Part shown: one piece after another, positions 49,038 to 62,985 of the stretch
How positions within the stretch are numbered: position 1 is the first letter of the stretch
Layout: each line of letters opens with the position of its first letter
Source: Paraspadella gotoi
Taxonomy: Eukaryota > Animalia > Chaetognatha
DNA: 64,000 bases
Reading direction: 5' to 3'
Assembly (NCBI GenBank): GCA_051294375.1
Contig: JBJCIZ010000282.1
Span: 386,880 to 450,879, forward strand
Translations under genes and position numbers: made by a program
Notes under the pieces: generated by a model
What the model saw: the letters and a program-made list of their open reading frames with translations, nothing else
The model's database searches: none
What the model was told of the DNA's origin: nothing

Positions 49038-49290
49038 CGTGGCGGAGGGCGCTCACAACGTCGGCGGTTGCTCTTCTCCGGGAAGATGTGACTCGTCGTT
49101 CATTTTTAATTTTTCGAAATTTTAAAGAAATAAAAATTGCGAGAAAGATTAATTGCGATAAGAGAGCGAAAACAGAGAGGGACGACAATTTTTATCTATG
49201 AATTGTTCCAAACAGCCGGAGAAAGCGCCAGTTATGGCGTTGAAAGGCCTCGTGATGACACCAGGAAAAAAGGAGTTGAAGTGGCACTGG

Positions 49291-49420
49291 ATCCCACCGA
49301 AACTGTCACCACTTGTAGCATAAGGTGGCTAAGTGACTAGAGATAGAGCAGCTCCTAGCTCCTGTTGTTTTTCGTAGCATTTAGTATTTATTGAGAGAAG
49401 AATACATCTTTTAATTACAA
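49291..49420 (-). mobile_element. Putative LTR 3' end and primer-binding site upstream of gag
   Basis: Minus strand reads AATAAA...GCTACA-ag-TGGTGACAGTTTCGGTGGGAT, resembling a tRNA-Leu-type PBS. Confidence 0.5.
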
Positions 49421-49944
49421 TTTTATATTTATATTACAAGATTGTACAATTATTCTTTATGGAATTTTTTTTCTTTTTGGATATATCTCTCTCTCTATCT
49501 TAAGGTTACTTCTCTCTTTTTTATATCTTTATATTTTCAGGGGTCCCGCGCATCGCCCTCAACCCTCAACCGCTGATCAATCAGATTCCTCACGCCCTTT
49601 TGATGCAGTGTGACGCGCCTGGTCCAAAGTCTGCTTTCTCCCTCCCTCTCTTCATGTTTTCCTTAAATTCCTTTACTATTTCTTTATGACCTTTTTATTA
49701 TCAATAAACGTTTAAAACTTCAAAGAGAGAGAGAGAGAGAGACAGATAGACTGAGCAAAAGCGCGAGAGAGAGATGAAAGGGGAAGAAACGGATGTAAGA
49801 AAGAGGGGGAATGGGGAGAAGAAAGAGAAGAATACCTTACTTTCTCACACCAAGGTGTTCTACAGATCACCTCAAAACCCATTGGAAAAGTCGTCAATCA
49901 TGTCGACACCTCCAATCAATGGGGCATCTTTGTGTGTGCCGCGA

Positions 49945-51750
49945 CTTCCGGACGTGGCCAACTACGCCCCAGTCCTTACACCATTATACCAAGCCTTAAA
50001 AGGCAACCCCCGAGTCCTCAAATGGACCGAGAAGATGACTCAAGCCTTCAGCAAGTCGAAAGAAGCTCTAGCAAATGCAACTCTGCTTGTCCACTGTGGA
50101 CGGGGCACCTCTGGCCCTGACCGTCGATGCGTCACTGACGGCCATCGGCGGCGTCCTGGAGCAGAAGATTGGTGGTCAATGGCAACCCTTAGGCTTTTTC
50201 TCAGCCCCGCTAGCTCAGAACCTGACAAAATGACCACCTTTCGACCAGGAACTCATTGCTGCACACCGCTCTGTCCGGCACTTCGAACCCTTCCTGGAAG
50301 GGCGCTACTTCATTCTGTTTTCTGACCAGACCAAGTAATCTGAGCCACACTCAATGCGTCAAACATATCAATTATCTGCCATCTCCGAATACACAACAAA
50401 CATCCAATACATTAAAGGCAAGGCCAACGTGGTAGCAGACACACTATAAGAATCATCAGCCCAGCATGCAGCGGCCCAGAACCTGAAGGATCATCAAGAC
50501 CTTCAGAAATGCCCTCGTTGGTCGCAACGGTCAATGCAGTTGGCCCCCAAGGCATCGATTTTGCCGCTTTAGTCGGCAACCAAAGTTCCGACAAGGAGAT
50601 CCAGCGACTCCTGGCGGACGCCCACACCACCCTGTGATTCAAGATAGTTTGCCAGAACGACTTTGATATCATCTGCGATGTCAGTTCAGGCAGGGCGTGC
50701 CCCTTGGTTCCCACAACATGGCGCCGTTGAGTTTATGATGCCATCCACAACCTAGCTCACCCGAGCGTCAGATGCACAAAAAAGCTGGTAATAAAAAGAT
50801 TTGTTTGGCCAAAAGCCGCGTCAGACGTGGCAAAATGGGCTCAGGCCTGCCTTGAATGCCAGTGCAGCAAGGTACAACGACACACCCAGGCTCCACTACA
50901 ACCTTTCGAAGCACCATCGAGGCGTTTCGAACACATTCACATTGACTTGGTGGGTCCCTTGCCCACCTCAGGCGGTTACACGTACCTTTTAACCTGTGTA
51001 GACCGTTTTTCTCATTGGCCTGAAGCATATCCTCTTCGGAATATCTCCGCAGTAACCGTAGCAACAGCCTTCCTTCAGAACTGGATCGCCAGATTCGGTG
51101 TACCAGCCACAGTCACTTCCAACCGTGGAACACAATTCACTTCTGAATTGTAGCATCAGCTGAGCCAAGCTATAGGCAACAGACTCAACACCACCACAGC
51201 TTACCACCCGCAGGCGAACGGGATGGTCGAACGGTTTCACCGTACCATGATAGCATCATTAAAAGCGCGTTGTGATGCATCCAGCGCAAATTGGTTCAAT
51301 CAACTACCCTGGGTCTTATTAGGACTCAGGTCCACACCAAAAGAAGACCTACAAGCATCACCAGCATAACTTGTATTCGGAGATACAATAGCAATCCCAG
51401 GCGAACTGGTAATAGGTACACAGCCAACAAGAGCAAATGCCCAAAATGAGCTGCAAAACATGAGACACGATGTTGCATTGTTCAGACCAGTAGTTCCTAA
51501 TTAGAACTCAAACTCACCTGTTCATCTTCCTCACAGCAAACTGGATTTTTGTGCTCCGCGGCCAACAGGGTTACTCGCTAGCTACGCCCTACTTGGGCCC
51601 TTACAAAGTAGTCTCAAGAGATGACAAGACCTTCACAGTGAACATCCCCGGCTGAGGACAAGAGAAGATCTCCATCGACAGGATCAAGCCAGCAACAACA
51701 GAACCGGATGTCCAACCAACACCTCCAGCAGCCCCAAGAAGAGGACGATC
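49945..51750 (+). pseudogene. pol: Ty3/gypsy pol remnant: RT connection, RNase H and integrase
   Basis: LKWT...AF...K.AL, VDAS..AIGGVLEQ, QPLGFFS; HHCC (HNLAHP...CLECQ), HIHIDLVGPLP, VDRFSHWPEA, RFGVP, YHPQANGMVERFHR and GPY motifs, with stops and frameshifts. Confidence 0.92.
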
Positions 51751-52757
51751 ACCAGCAGCAATAGACGATTTGTTTCCTAGGGGGGAAGGTCAAACAAATA
51801 ATAGAAAAAGAGTTAGCCCAGTGGCCGACTCCACTCATTCCCAACATTTATATCCTCAGGCGACCCAACCTCAACAGCAACGTCAACAAGAACCTCCACA
51901 GCAACAGCAACAATGCCCACCAAGACAATGATCCACTCAATAGCCAACACGACTCCAACCTCAGAAACAAACACGTGCAAGACAATACCATCGTCTGGGT
52001 TTTGAAGGACTAGATATATATTGTATTAGATGTTTAAGATCTATCAGTCATTCGCAAGATGCATGATTGTTAGATAACCGGTTATCAGCACTATCACCAA
52101 GTCATCACCAGTTGGTCACTGTTACGATTAATCACAACTTGCCTAACAGCAAGTAATCATCAACAGCTGGTTATTTTCACCATTTAACCAAGCTTGCCTA
52201 ACAGCAAGCAATCATCATAACACTTTGACCAAACAAATCATCTTTCCTATCTCCCTAATTCTTTTTTGTACAATTTTTTCTTTTTTTTTGAGAAGAGATA
52301 TATGTAAATATTTGTAGAAGACAAACCCCTTTTTAGTGGGTCCCCTCAATTGTTTCTCCTTGACCTTATTGTTTACCAAAATATTCCCCCAAGGAGGAAC
52401 AATATTGTAAAGTACTTTGCTCCTTAACTAGTAGTACAAGTCACCTCAACTGTAAATAGGGTCAGTACGAACCCCTAAGGTCCAAACCCTTCCTCTCTCC
52501 TCTTTCTCCGAGCCGGTCTATTCCACACGGTCACTTTGCCCTAGCTTTGGCAATGACCTTAGATTGACTGGACACAGTAATAGGGCCGAGGCGACCGTAA
52601 GGTCAAGTTGGTCCGGGCAATGATAAAAGTGGATCAGGAGAGAGCTTGTCTCACTTCTTTTCTACTTCTCTTACATCGTCACAATTTGTCACCTTCTCCT
52701 CACTTTTATTATTACTATTTTCATCTTCTACAATGTTTTTCATTATTTTGTTTTTAG

Positions 52758-53389
52758 TTTTATCGAAGACTTACCATCAAGGATAAATCTGTTTGCATGC
52801 CTTGTAAACGAGGAAGTTATCAGCCAATAAATGGAGGATTTGCTTGTCTTTCTTGTCCTCCTGGAACATATACTGACAAATCAAAAAGCACAAAATGTAA
52901 TAAAAAATGTTCAAAAGGATCTCGTACTAATTCCTTAATTGGAGCAGATGGCTGTCTTAAGTGTCCACCAGGAACTTACAGTGATAAAGATGGTTTAAAC
53001 ACTTGTTATGCATGTGAACCTGGAAGTAGAGCAAAGAATGAAGGTTCAACTTCTTGTGAACCATGTAGGAAAAATTGGTTTATGGATTTGTATGGCCAAA
53101 AGCATTGTGCAGCTTGTGCAGTTGGATGCTCCAGCAAAGCTGGAGCTGAACGCTGTGTCTCAAAATATCAAACAGATCAATTAACTGGCTGTGTGGACAG
53201 ATTTTTAAATGTTAAAGACTCAGAACCTAAAGGTTCGCGTAAAAAAGATGAGTATAACTCAAAAGAAGTCAAACTTGCTTTATGGGAATATGCATCTTAT
53301 TTGCCAAATTTCTTAAGAAGTGATTCTCCAGATACAATGACATGGGAGAACTTTAAAAAGCTGAGTCGCGAAGGAGGAGATATAAAAAA
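52758..53389 (+). CDS. Internal exon of a Cys-rich ephrin-receptor-like (GCC2/GCC3) repeat protein
   Basis: Units such as CKRGSYQ..CLSCPPGTY..CLKCPPGTY..CYACEPG. Bounded by TTTTTAG (~52757) and GTAAGT (53390). Confidence 0.75.
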
Positions 53390-54737
53390 GTAAGTCTTTT
53401 TAATAAATACTTACATATGTAGTAGAGTGATGTGAAAATAATTGGATTTCATAATACCACTCATTGTCAAGGCATATCTTAACTGATCAATATAAAATTT
53501 AAACACATAAATTACTTTAATATATTCTACTCAACTAATTTTTAAAATTAATGAAATAACCATTGGTTTGCAAATGACAGCATTTTTTTTCCGGCGCTTG
53601 TAAAATTGTTACCATGTATATTTGCTATATCTGCTCCAGGATGTGATGGGGGAGCATCTGGGATAGTGTTGGTAACGTGACTCGTGGCCCTCAAAAGATG
53701 ACGGATAGAGAGCTGAACTATGCATAGTCTGTCTAATTAGTTTTTTGAAGTAACCTGAAATAATTGTAGATTGCCCAAGTTGTAAAATGTAATTTAAACC
53801 ATGACAAAATATTGCTTCTTAATCCCTTGAAATCTAAAAATGGAATGCACTTAATTCTCTGCCTCCTTCCTGTCTCTCTTCCTTTGTTTATCTAATTCAC
53901 TAAATGTTTACAAAATAGGAGCCGAGCTCTGAGAATCTACAAGATATTAAACTTTGAGACTAAGAATATTTAGAGAGACAAAATTTGAATGAAAGTTAAT
54001 TACTAAATTGGAGGCTAATTAAAATATTACTAACATCTCCCCCCCAAAATAAATTTTGTAACAGGCAGGTAAATAAACAAGCTAACAATGAGTACAAATG
54101 ATCACATGTAAAGCACTAGCACAAATAATCACAATAGTTATGACAGTATTACAATTGATCACATATAGCTAAATATAGGAAAAGTAAATCAAGTATGAAA
54201 ATAAATCGACGCTGCATTTAATATAAAAATCGTGGCAAAGTATAAAATGTTTTGAGAAAAAATCGAACTGTCGGCCAAACAGTTGGGAAAAAGTTACAAT
54301 TAGTCAATTTTATTTTGGATCCCACACAAAACATAAACAAACGCTTCACAAAACATTCTCACGCAATATCTTGATCGTTCATCATTCGGATCTATTTTCG
54401 ATATCTCATCAAATCTTATCGCTTCGATTTAAATCGATCTGATTGGTTCGTTCAATCGTCCAAAATAAACTCATCTCGCTCTTCCTACTCCCGAGTTCGA
54501 AATGGTAAGTGTGACGGATAAGTTCAGTATCCTCTACGAAAGTGCGTAAATTATAACTAAGAATTTGTTTTCATATTAATTCGAATAAAACTAAATTTTA
54601 ATTTCGATAATAAAATTTATATTTCATCTAAACAAAATGATTTTCGTAATTGCTCTTTTGTTTTTAAAAGGCCTTTCGGAGACGAGCTCAGACGTGCTGA
54701 GCCCAGAGGAAGGGCTCGCAGTGCTGTGCCGGCAGCC

Positions 54738-55103
54738 TCAGTTAGAATTGGTTTGTTGATATGGTTGTTGGAACGATTTCTTGTTCTGTCTATTAGCGAG
54801 CAAGCTCGGACATGTCATTGCCATGTCAGTGAAGTTTCCGCCTTCAATGAAACGTGATTTAACAACATGCAGTCTCCTGCCAGAATAACCTCTTGTGGTG
54901 GTGGGGATTTTTATGTCTTCAAAGCCCTGTTCGACCCTGTCTAGGAAATTGATGGGATCCTCATTATGCATGCGGCCTAATGTGTGGAAGTGGTTGTAAG
55001 GGGTGAGGTAGCAATGTTCATAATCACAAGATTCTAAAACCTCAAAAACTCCTTTTACAGTAAGTTTTCTCCTATTGAGTCCCTGATAGGCGACTTGTCT
55101 CAA
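54738..55103 (-). pseudogene. Possible Gag-like fragment
   Basis: R...EDPINFLDRV resembles the retrotransposon Gag Q...E....F..RL motif; weak. Confidence 0.25.
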
Positions 55104-57164
55104 AAACTTTGTCCCATAGAAGGCTTTCGATGCGTGATTAAAAAGCTCTCCCGCAACCTTATTGTCTTTGTGTCCCTTGTAGATAAAGGCATTTATGTTG
55201 TTACGAAATCATAATCAATATATCTCAAGGAAATCCAAGCTTCTCTACTTTCTCCCCGATGCTCTTTTATTTCTATTTTACTAACGCAAGGAAATTCTAT
55301 TTCTCCGGCGATCATAGCGACATCTCTAGTTTCGAATTTGTATCATAGTATATATACTTAAGTACAGTTCTCCGAGAGGCAACGCATGGCTGATTCTGAT
55401 TGGTTCCCGCGATTTCGATAGATTTCAGGCTCGATTTCTATCGACGTGTAACTTCTCAGATCTTGTTCAGTCTTGTAATGCGTTTTCTATACTTTTCAAA
55501 GATAAATTCGCTATTTAGATATCTCGGAAACTTCTTTTTTAAGAAACTAGTGATCGCTGGATTGGTGGACTTACCTTGTGATAGAGGCAACCATTCTAGA
55601 AATTTGGCTTCAGAAACAAGTAAGATAGATTCTTTAAACTTTATATATATTTGCTGAGAGGGTGAAGCGGCTAAGAGAGAGAGAGAGAGGGAGAGCGACG
55701 GAGATATCAATAGAGAGAGCGAAGAGATACGAGAGGAGAGAAACGACGAGCAGAGAGATGAGAGACGGATAGAGAGAGTAGAGGGAGAGCGACAGAGATA
55801 GAACGGAGAAGAAAGAAGAAGAAAGACGGAAATATCCGATGGAACTAAATCACGTGACCTCGGGAGGCAGGGACGCCGGCGCGGCGCGCTGCTGGGGCAC
55901 GGCGCTGATGTGGAACCATAGGCAGCTGTTGGGCCGCTCGTCAGGTGCTTCGCTCGGGCGCGTCAGGCGCGTCGTCAGCTGTGGAAAACGAGGTCACCGT
56001 GTGATCAGTGGAGGAACGGAGGAACGGAGGAAGCTATAAAAGGAAGGAGGAAAGAAAGAGGGTCATTCCCAACTTTTGTCAACTCCACGAAGACAGAGCT
56101 GCGCTCTGTTGTACATTAAATGGGAATAATGTGTAACTCTGTACTGAAGTCTCTCTCTTGNNNNNNNNNNNNNNNNNNNNNNNNNNNNNNNNNNNNNNNN
56201 NNNNNNNNNNNNNNNNNNNNNNNNNNNNNNNNNNNNNNNNNNNNNNNNNNNNNNNNNNNNGGTTGATACCTCATAGGAGAGGCTAATTTTTAATTTTATT
56301 TTTTTATTTAATTATTTTTATGCAGTCCCTGGAGGATTGTATGTCAAAAAAAACGCGTTTTTTAAAAAATTCCTTTTAAAATAGTTTCCGAGAATATGGT
56401 CATTAAACGTCAGCCTTGAAAGGCAAAATTTATCATAATAACATTTTCAAAGTTTCTCTAAGATTTTTTTGTCGCGCTCAGTACTAACTAATTTAAAAAA
56501 AATAGAAAACGTTTCTGTTGAGGAAGGGGAAGTCGCGTAGATCTTCTTCCCCTCCCTTTTTTTCGCTCCTCCTCATTTTCGATCGGAATTTTCACATTTT
56601 TAGATTCACTCCCGCTTTTCTCCCTTTTACGGCAAGACCTATTCTCTGTTCCTCTGTACATTTATTTTCGGTTCGTCTTTTTTTTCACAATATACGCTTA
56701 TACCTTTATTCGAGTTTTTCTTTTAGTTAGAGACTTATTTCAGGGTGGCGCTCAATGTGGAGACTTGTTCTCTACCACGAACTGCCCTGGATCTTTTCTA
56801 TCAAAGAATTCACCGAAAATATCTTTTTTTAGCTTTTTTCTATCAAAAAGTCACCTAAAATATCTTTTTTCCCTAATTCAACTTCGAAACTTTTATTCTC
56901 TTTTCGACTTCGAACTTTCTTTCATCTTCCGACTTTAGGATTTTTTTTCCTCTTTTTTCTTCCTTTGTCTCTCTTTCGCCGACTCGAATCTTCCACACTC
57001 CAGTTATCTCCCACCCAAAAATTGAAAGAAAAGAAGGGGAGTAGCGACAGGGAAGAGGGCCACTTAATCAAATTTTTCCCTTCTGGAGACGCAGAGCCAG
57101 GTCGTCAAAGCAGAGGACACGGCTCTTTGAAACCCCGGAGACGAAGAAACCGGAGTGGAAAAGG

Positions 57165-57300
57165 AGAGGAGACTCTGCTTTTAGCAGCCCCGGAAAAAGG
57201 CCGGACCAGAGCGGACAAAGAAGAGGGGACACTGCTCAGAGCAGCCCCGGAAAAAGACCGAACCGGAGCGAACAAAGAAGAGGGCAGCCCCGGAGACAAA
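57165..57300. repeat. 60-bp tandem repeat, ~2.3 units
   Basis: GCAGCCCCGGAAAAAG.CCG.ACC.GAGCG.ACAAAGAAGAGGG repeated. Confidence 0.8.
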
Positions 57301-57942
57301 CGAACCAGAGTGGAGAAGACGTCAGGCCGACCGGAAGCGATCCAGGGAGACGAGGAGGCTGACCGGATATGACCAAAGGGCCCGAGGAGACCGGATTAGG
57401 AGCAACGGGGCCCGTTGAACGCGGCATGGGAGACAAACTTCTCCGCAAACAACTAAAAGAGGTTGTGATTGTTTTTTGGATTGAACTAAATTTGTTTTCC
57501 AAGCTTGACAACGGAACCCTTTGAACCGGAAAACATCAATCCAAAAGGTGAGTCTGATCGATGATTGATTGATTAATTGATTAATTGATTGATTGATTAG
57601 CTAATTGACCGATTGATTTTATTGATTAATGTATTGATTTATTGATTTGATTAGCTGATTTAGTGATTGATTATTCGATGAATTTATGATTGATTAATTG
57701 TTATTTTGTTTGCTTTGGTGCCGTCCTTCTCTGTTCAAAGTCTACTTAGGCAAGATATTTCAAATTCACTCATTTTTTTAACGAAAAATTTTTTGATCAA
57801 ATTTTGTCTAAAGGAATTTCTTAATTTTACGAATTAAACTTTCCGTCTAAGTAACTTTGCAATTCATTAAATACTGATTGATTGATTCGAACTTCCCCTT
57901 GCTCTCTTTAATTGAAATTTTTTCTTTATTTCATATTGAACG

Positions 57943-60093
57943 ATGTCTTTCGCTGAACTCAAGGAGGAATACATGCGCATCAACATGAATGATTTAACTC
58001 CCGAAGGATTACATGACGCCGTTGACACCCTTTGTGGATTGATCGATCGCTATCTACAAGCCGAAACTCCTGAAGCCATCACTGCTATTGAAGAAATGAA
58101 ATTTCTGGTCAATCAAAAGATTGGCCAAATTAGGATGATTCAAGGTAGCTATCCCAAGGGATCCATCCAACGCGGGATGCTTGATAAGAGCGTCAACATG
58201 GCTAACATCACAGTCCGTAAACGCCGTAATGTATCACCTCCCGAGAGAACCGAAGTGAATGAAGAGCAAAGAGAGAATGATGATGCTGAGACGGCACCGA
58301 AAGAAACGCATGATGCCACCGAGGAAGCTGAAGCATTGATTGATGGGTACTTTGACGCCATGAATGATGTCCAACAGAATGATGTTTCTGAAGATGAAGA
58401 CTCCGGCCCTGAGTACGAGATACAAGGCCCATCCAGACAAGAGAGATGTCATGGGACGACCAAACGTTCCGTAACTTTGAACAAGTGGCACAAGAGCTCA
58501 CTCTCATCAAGAAGAAAAGAAGAAACAAAAGAAAGATATAAATCAGGAAATCGAAAAAAGAAAAATAGAAAGGAAAAAGAGATGGAAAAAGAGATGCTCC
58601 AGATGAATGAAATCAGAAGAACAAGGCTATGAAGAAATATCGACGAAGAAATTGAAAGAAAGCTCAATTATATAATGAAGCTGCACCGTACTTGGGACAA
58701 CAAACTACTAGCACCATCAAAAGGAGCCGGATTTCCTCTTCAGAGAATGATTTGAGAAATGAAGTGAATGAATTGAAAAGAATGATTAGGAATTTGCAAG
58801 GTCGTTATCATGTGCAGAAACGACCTTCAACGAGACAAGATCCACCCAAGACAGAGCCATCACCGAAATACAAGATTACTGCATCAATCATGAAGTCGAA
58901 AATAAAGAAACAGGAAAAGAAGATTTGCCAATTGGAAAGATCAGTCAAGGAATTACCAAACAACTGGAAAGAGAAAGGAACAGAAGAATAAATTTTGGAT
59001 TTACTACAAATGAATCTGCTCCAATAAATCCAACTGCTGCTCCAACCACTGCTGCCGCACCTCCTCCGGCTCCAACACCAATTACAGCAGCACCTCCTTT
59101 AGATGACTCCAATATGGGAATTATGGATCAAGCAACAGAAGAAGAAAAAGATCACCTACGAAAAAGGGGCCTACGCAAAGCAAAAGAAAAAGGTCACCAT
59201 GGATAACGCCGCCATCGACGTCAACAGGCCATCCAGAACGTCAACGGCGGGGGTAAAATGAAGGTCAAGTCTTCAAGGATCACCCAAGGATCCCCACCAG
59301 CATCTTCTCGTGCATCTCGAAAGGTGAATGTTGAAGAGACGAATGTTGTTTTGAATCATATTAGCGAATGATAGATGCCTTTGATAAGCATTGCCTAGAA
59401 ACCTGTTCAACTTTTAAGAAACTTTTCAAAGGATGGAAAGAATGATGTAATGAAAAGAAAATGGTTTGTGCTTTAGATGTTTAGAAAAGAACCACATAGC
59501 AAAACAATGCACTCAACCTAGAGAGGCTTGTATGGTCTGCTATGGGCCTCATCATACTATTATGCATGCTACGGGTTTCACTCCAGCTTTACCCCAGGCA
59601 GAGCCCAACGACGTATGCCAGAGTGGTTGCAACATCCCCAGCTCAACTTCAATAGGCCAACACCGAGAAATAAAAACCTCAACATGACGACGCTCACTGC
59701 TGTTGCTGCAAGGACGCCGCCGTTGCCAAACAACTCGTCGACATGACCGGCTACAGAGCCTCCAGCACTGTTGATGTGAATGATTTTATAGCAATTAGCC
59801 CCGCTGATATTCTCTATCCTGGCATAGACTGGTTCACGACCAGTAGTCATTCCACCCGAGTCATGGTAAAATCACGAGGACTGGTTGATGAATTTTGGAA
59901 AAGATGGAGAGACGATTACATTTTAACTCTCCAAGCTAGAGAAAAATGGCAGAAAACTGAACCGAATGTTAAAATTGATCAATTAGTTTTGATTGTTGAT
60001 GAAAATCTACCGAGAGATGAATGGAAACTCGGCAGAATTGAACGAGTGGATGATGAATTAGGTCACGTGAGAAGAGTGATTGAATGCGATTGA
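57943..60093 (+). mobile_element. Internally deleted BEL/Pao LTR retrotransposon remnant
   Basis: BEL-type zinc knuckles CFRCL...H.AKQC...C..C.GPHHT.MH (59466-59570) closely followed by the integrase C-terminal domain FWKRW..DY...LQ.R.KW......KI..LVLI.DEN.PR..W.LGRI (59880-60050). A Gag-like coiled-coil lies upstream. Confidence 0.85.
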
Positions 60094-60469
60094 TATTTGA
60101 TGTTCATTTATTGAACAAAGTGAAAATGAGAATGTTTATGTTTGAATGAATAGATTAAAAGAATGGAAAATCTTGACAAAAAAGGAAAATGAAATATTTA
60201 AAATCACAAAACTAATATACCTATCAATACTTAAATTAACAAATAAAACTTAAGATTCTAGTTAATGACTAGACTCATATAAAATAAACAACATATATTG
60301 AAATCCATATTTACTTAATTGTTAAAACAATTATAACCATTAGATAATAAAATATAATAGCCCCCTTTATCCTAAAGACATCACTAAAAATATATAATAA
60401 CTACTAATCTTTGTCCCTTTTGTTTATTTTTCATGAAAACGAGCGACTTCAAACGATCAACATCTGGCG

Positions 60470-60745
60470 ATGGAACCCGCTGACCAACCCGACCTTAGGG
60501 TCATGGGAACGTCAGCAGCAACCAGCCAGAGGAATGTGGCGTCGGAACCCGCCGGCCAACCCGACCATTGCGTCAGAGGAAAGCCGGAGGCAACCAGCCA
60601 GAGGAGTGTGGCGTCGGAAACCGCTGGCCAACCCGACCTCAGGGTCATGGGAAAGCCGACGGCAANNNNNNNNNNNNNNNNNNNNNNNNNGACGCAAACC
60701 AGCCAGAGGATATTACGGCGCCGGAAACCGTTCGACCAACCGAAT
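60470..60745. repeat. ~72-bp tandem repeat interrupted by a 25-N gap
   Basis: GGAACCCGC.G.CCAACCCGACC...GCAACCAGCCAGAGGA.TGTGGCGTC repeated about 4 times. Confidence 0.85.
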
Positions 60746-62789
60746 TTCGTTGTTAAGGGAAGTCGGTCCGCGCAACCAGCCATCTCGCGCTGCCAAAGAA
60801 TGTTTAGAAAGAATGTGCAGGCCATCCCTTCCGCGCCGCGCCGCCATGCCAGCGTGAAAGAGAGTAAGCAAGGTGTGCGCGCACTCCGAGGCGCCGGCGG
60901 GTGCCAGCTCAAGGGGAGCACAATTTTATCAAACCGGACGAAAGACTTCACTTTGATGTTGACTTTGCCACCACGCTCAGAACAGATGTGGGCGTTGGCG
61001 GTCAAGATTCAGAGAACAAATGGAGCGAGGTCGCCACGCGCACAGCTTAAGCATCGTTGAAACGCGTATTTGAATGACTCACCACTCAAAGAAATACGAA
61101 GATACAAATGGAAACCGTGAGCAAAACAATATCAAAAGTTGCGAAACGCGCAGCGCCAGAAGAGCCCTGTCTTCAATAGTCTGCATATCCGGGGAGCAAT
61201 GTAGAACGAATGCGCTGAAATGGTGACCATCCGTCGCCTGAGGACCAAGCGAAGAAATGGAATCAACAAGGAAACGAACAAGAACAAAAACATAAGAACA
61301 TCGAACAAAGACCAAGAACAAAAACAAGAACGAGCAGATGAACATCCCGAAATTGGAACGACAAAATCGACAACCCCATCTGGACAACGAAAACCGACGA
61401 CGATTATCAAACAATTAGAAGATGAAGAAGAAAATGCTTGCCGTCCCCGCCAGGAGAGGAAGCTTTGAATTTGAACCTTGCGCCAAGAAGAGGAAAGTGT
61501 CCATTCTGAGCAGTATGGTATTGAATGAAACAAAAAAGAAATCGATGAAAAAATTGATGCAACTATAGACCTTAATGAAACAATGTTATGCATAAGCAGT
61601 ATAAAAAAGGAATAACTTCTGACAATAACAAAATTAGACAACAATCAATGCATATATAAAAGGATAAAAATCAAGAAACAACAAAACAAAGAAATACAGA
61701 AAAACAGAACAAATTAGAAAACAAGAAATTACACGGAAATACGAATAGGAAAAATAGACAAATATAACAATAGAAACAAGATTAAAAAGGAACTAAGGAT
61801 TGACATTGAAATAAAACCAAACAAATAGAAAAACATAACAATTATTAATCAATTAACACTTTAAAATTTTGGCGGTTATTCTTCCAAGATAACCCAATGA
61901 ATGAATGAACAAATGAACGAACGAACAAATGAATGAATTGAATAGTATGATACGAATCAATGAGTGTATGCGAATTATTTTTCCTCAACCCCTCAAACAG
62001 TCTCTTCAGGAACCAAGATGTATCGAACGATAGAACAAGATGAAGATCATCGCGAAACTCCATCTCTGAAACAAAAGACATGAAGAAGTAAATAGGGGTG
62101 TGATAGGTTAGATTCGTGCATGATTACCGTCGGTCCTGCGCGGCATAGAGACGGTCTGCTTAGGTCTTAGGAGCCCTAGAGCGAGGCGGGCGGTGACAGA
62201 AAAAAAGGCCGAGACCGGACGGAGACGGCCAGACTGACCATATCGAAACCGATTGACGATCCGACCGCGACAGGGACTGCACCGGACTCTTCTACCAACT
62301 CTTTCTCTTCCTTTTCTCCTTACTCTTATCTCTCTCCCTCTCATCTCTAAACTTACTTGGAACGAGCTCCAGACAAGACCAAATACAGATTCACTGGATC
62401 ACTCCTAGCACCGACAACTACTTTCTATACAAAGTTTCCTAACTACGTTTTACTGGAAGCATTCTTCTACGATTATTGGATTTCTTCTATCGACATTTGA
62501 TTCCATCATTTGATTTACTCGATTTTCTACGGACTTTTGTCTTGATTTATTTACATTTATTTACTTTGATTCCCGCCATTTTTTCCTTCCGACATTTTCG
62601 AGCTTCAGTTACACAAACTGTTTTGGGATACTTTTCGTCAGATTACGTGCGACCTAGTGACCGATTCTCACCTCAAGAGGCGTAGAGAGCAAGGCCTTCT
62701 CTACACTCCTCTCTCTATCTGTTTTTTTTTTTTTTAATTTTTAGTCACTTTTTTTTCACCACCGGTCACCGGCGACGAGTAAACGAGTT

Positions 62790-62817
62790 CCGCGCTCTGC
62801 GGCGTCAGTTTCAGCTA

Positions 62818-62850
<33 letters not shown>

Positions 62851-62985
62851 CTCTCTGTACCGATCTCTTTGTGCGATTGTTTCGTTTTTTTGAAGAAAAA
62901 TTCGGTATTATTTTTCCTTTTAAAAAACTTTTATTATTGCCATTTTTATACAAATCCCAATTTATCCTGAGATTTTCGTTTTACA
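62790..62985 (-). repeat. Dispersed repeat matching 27420-27610 in inverted orientation
   Basis: ACGAAAATC..GGAT.AATTGGGATTTG and TTTT(C)TTCAAAAA..AAAC.ATC.C.CAAA.GATC are shared. Confidence 0.65.

Noticed and set aside
52020-52690. 3' LTR of the gypsy remnant (similarly 55840-56160 and 62100-62500)
   Set aside because: LTR-like composition, but there is no partner LTR or clear PPT/TSD in the window to fix boundaries.
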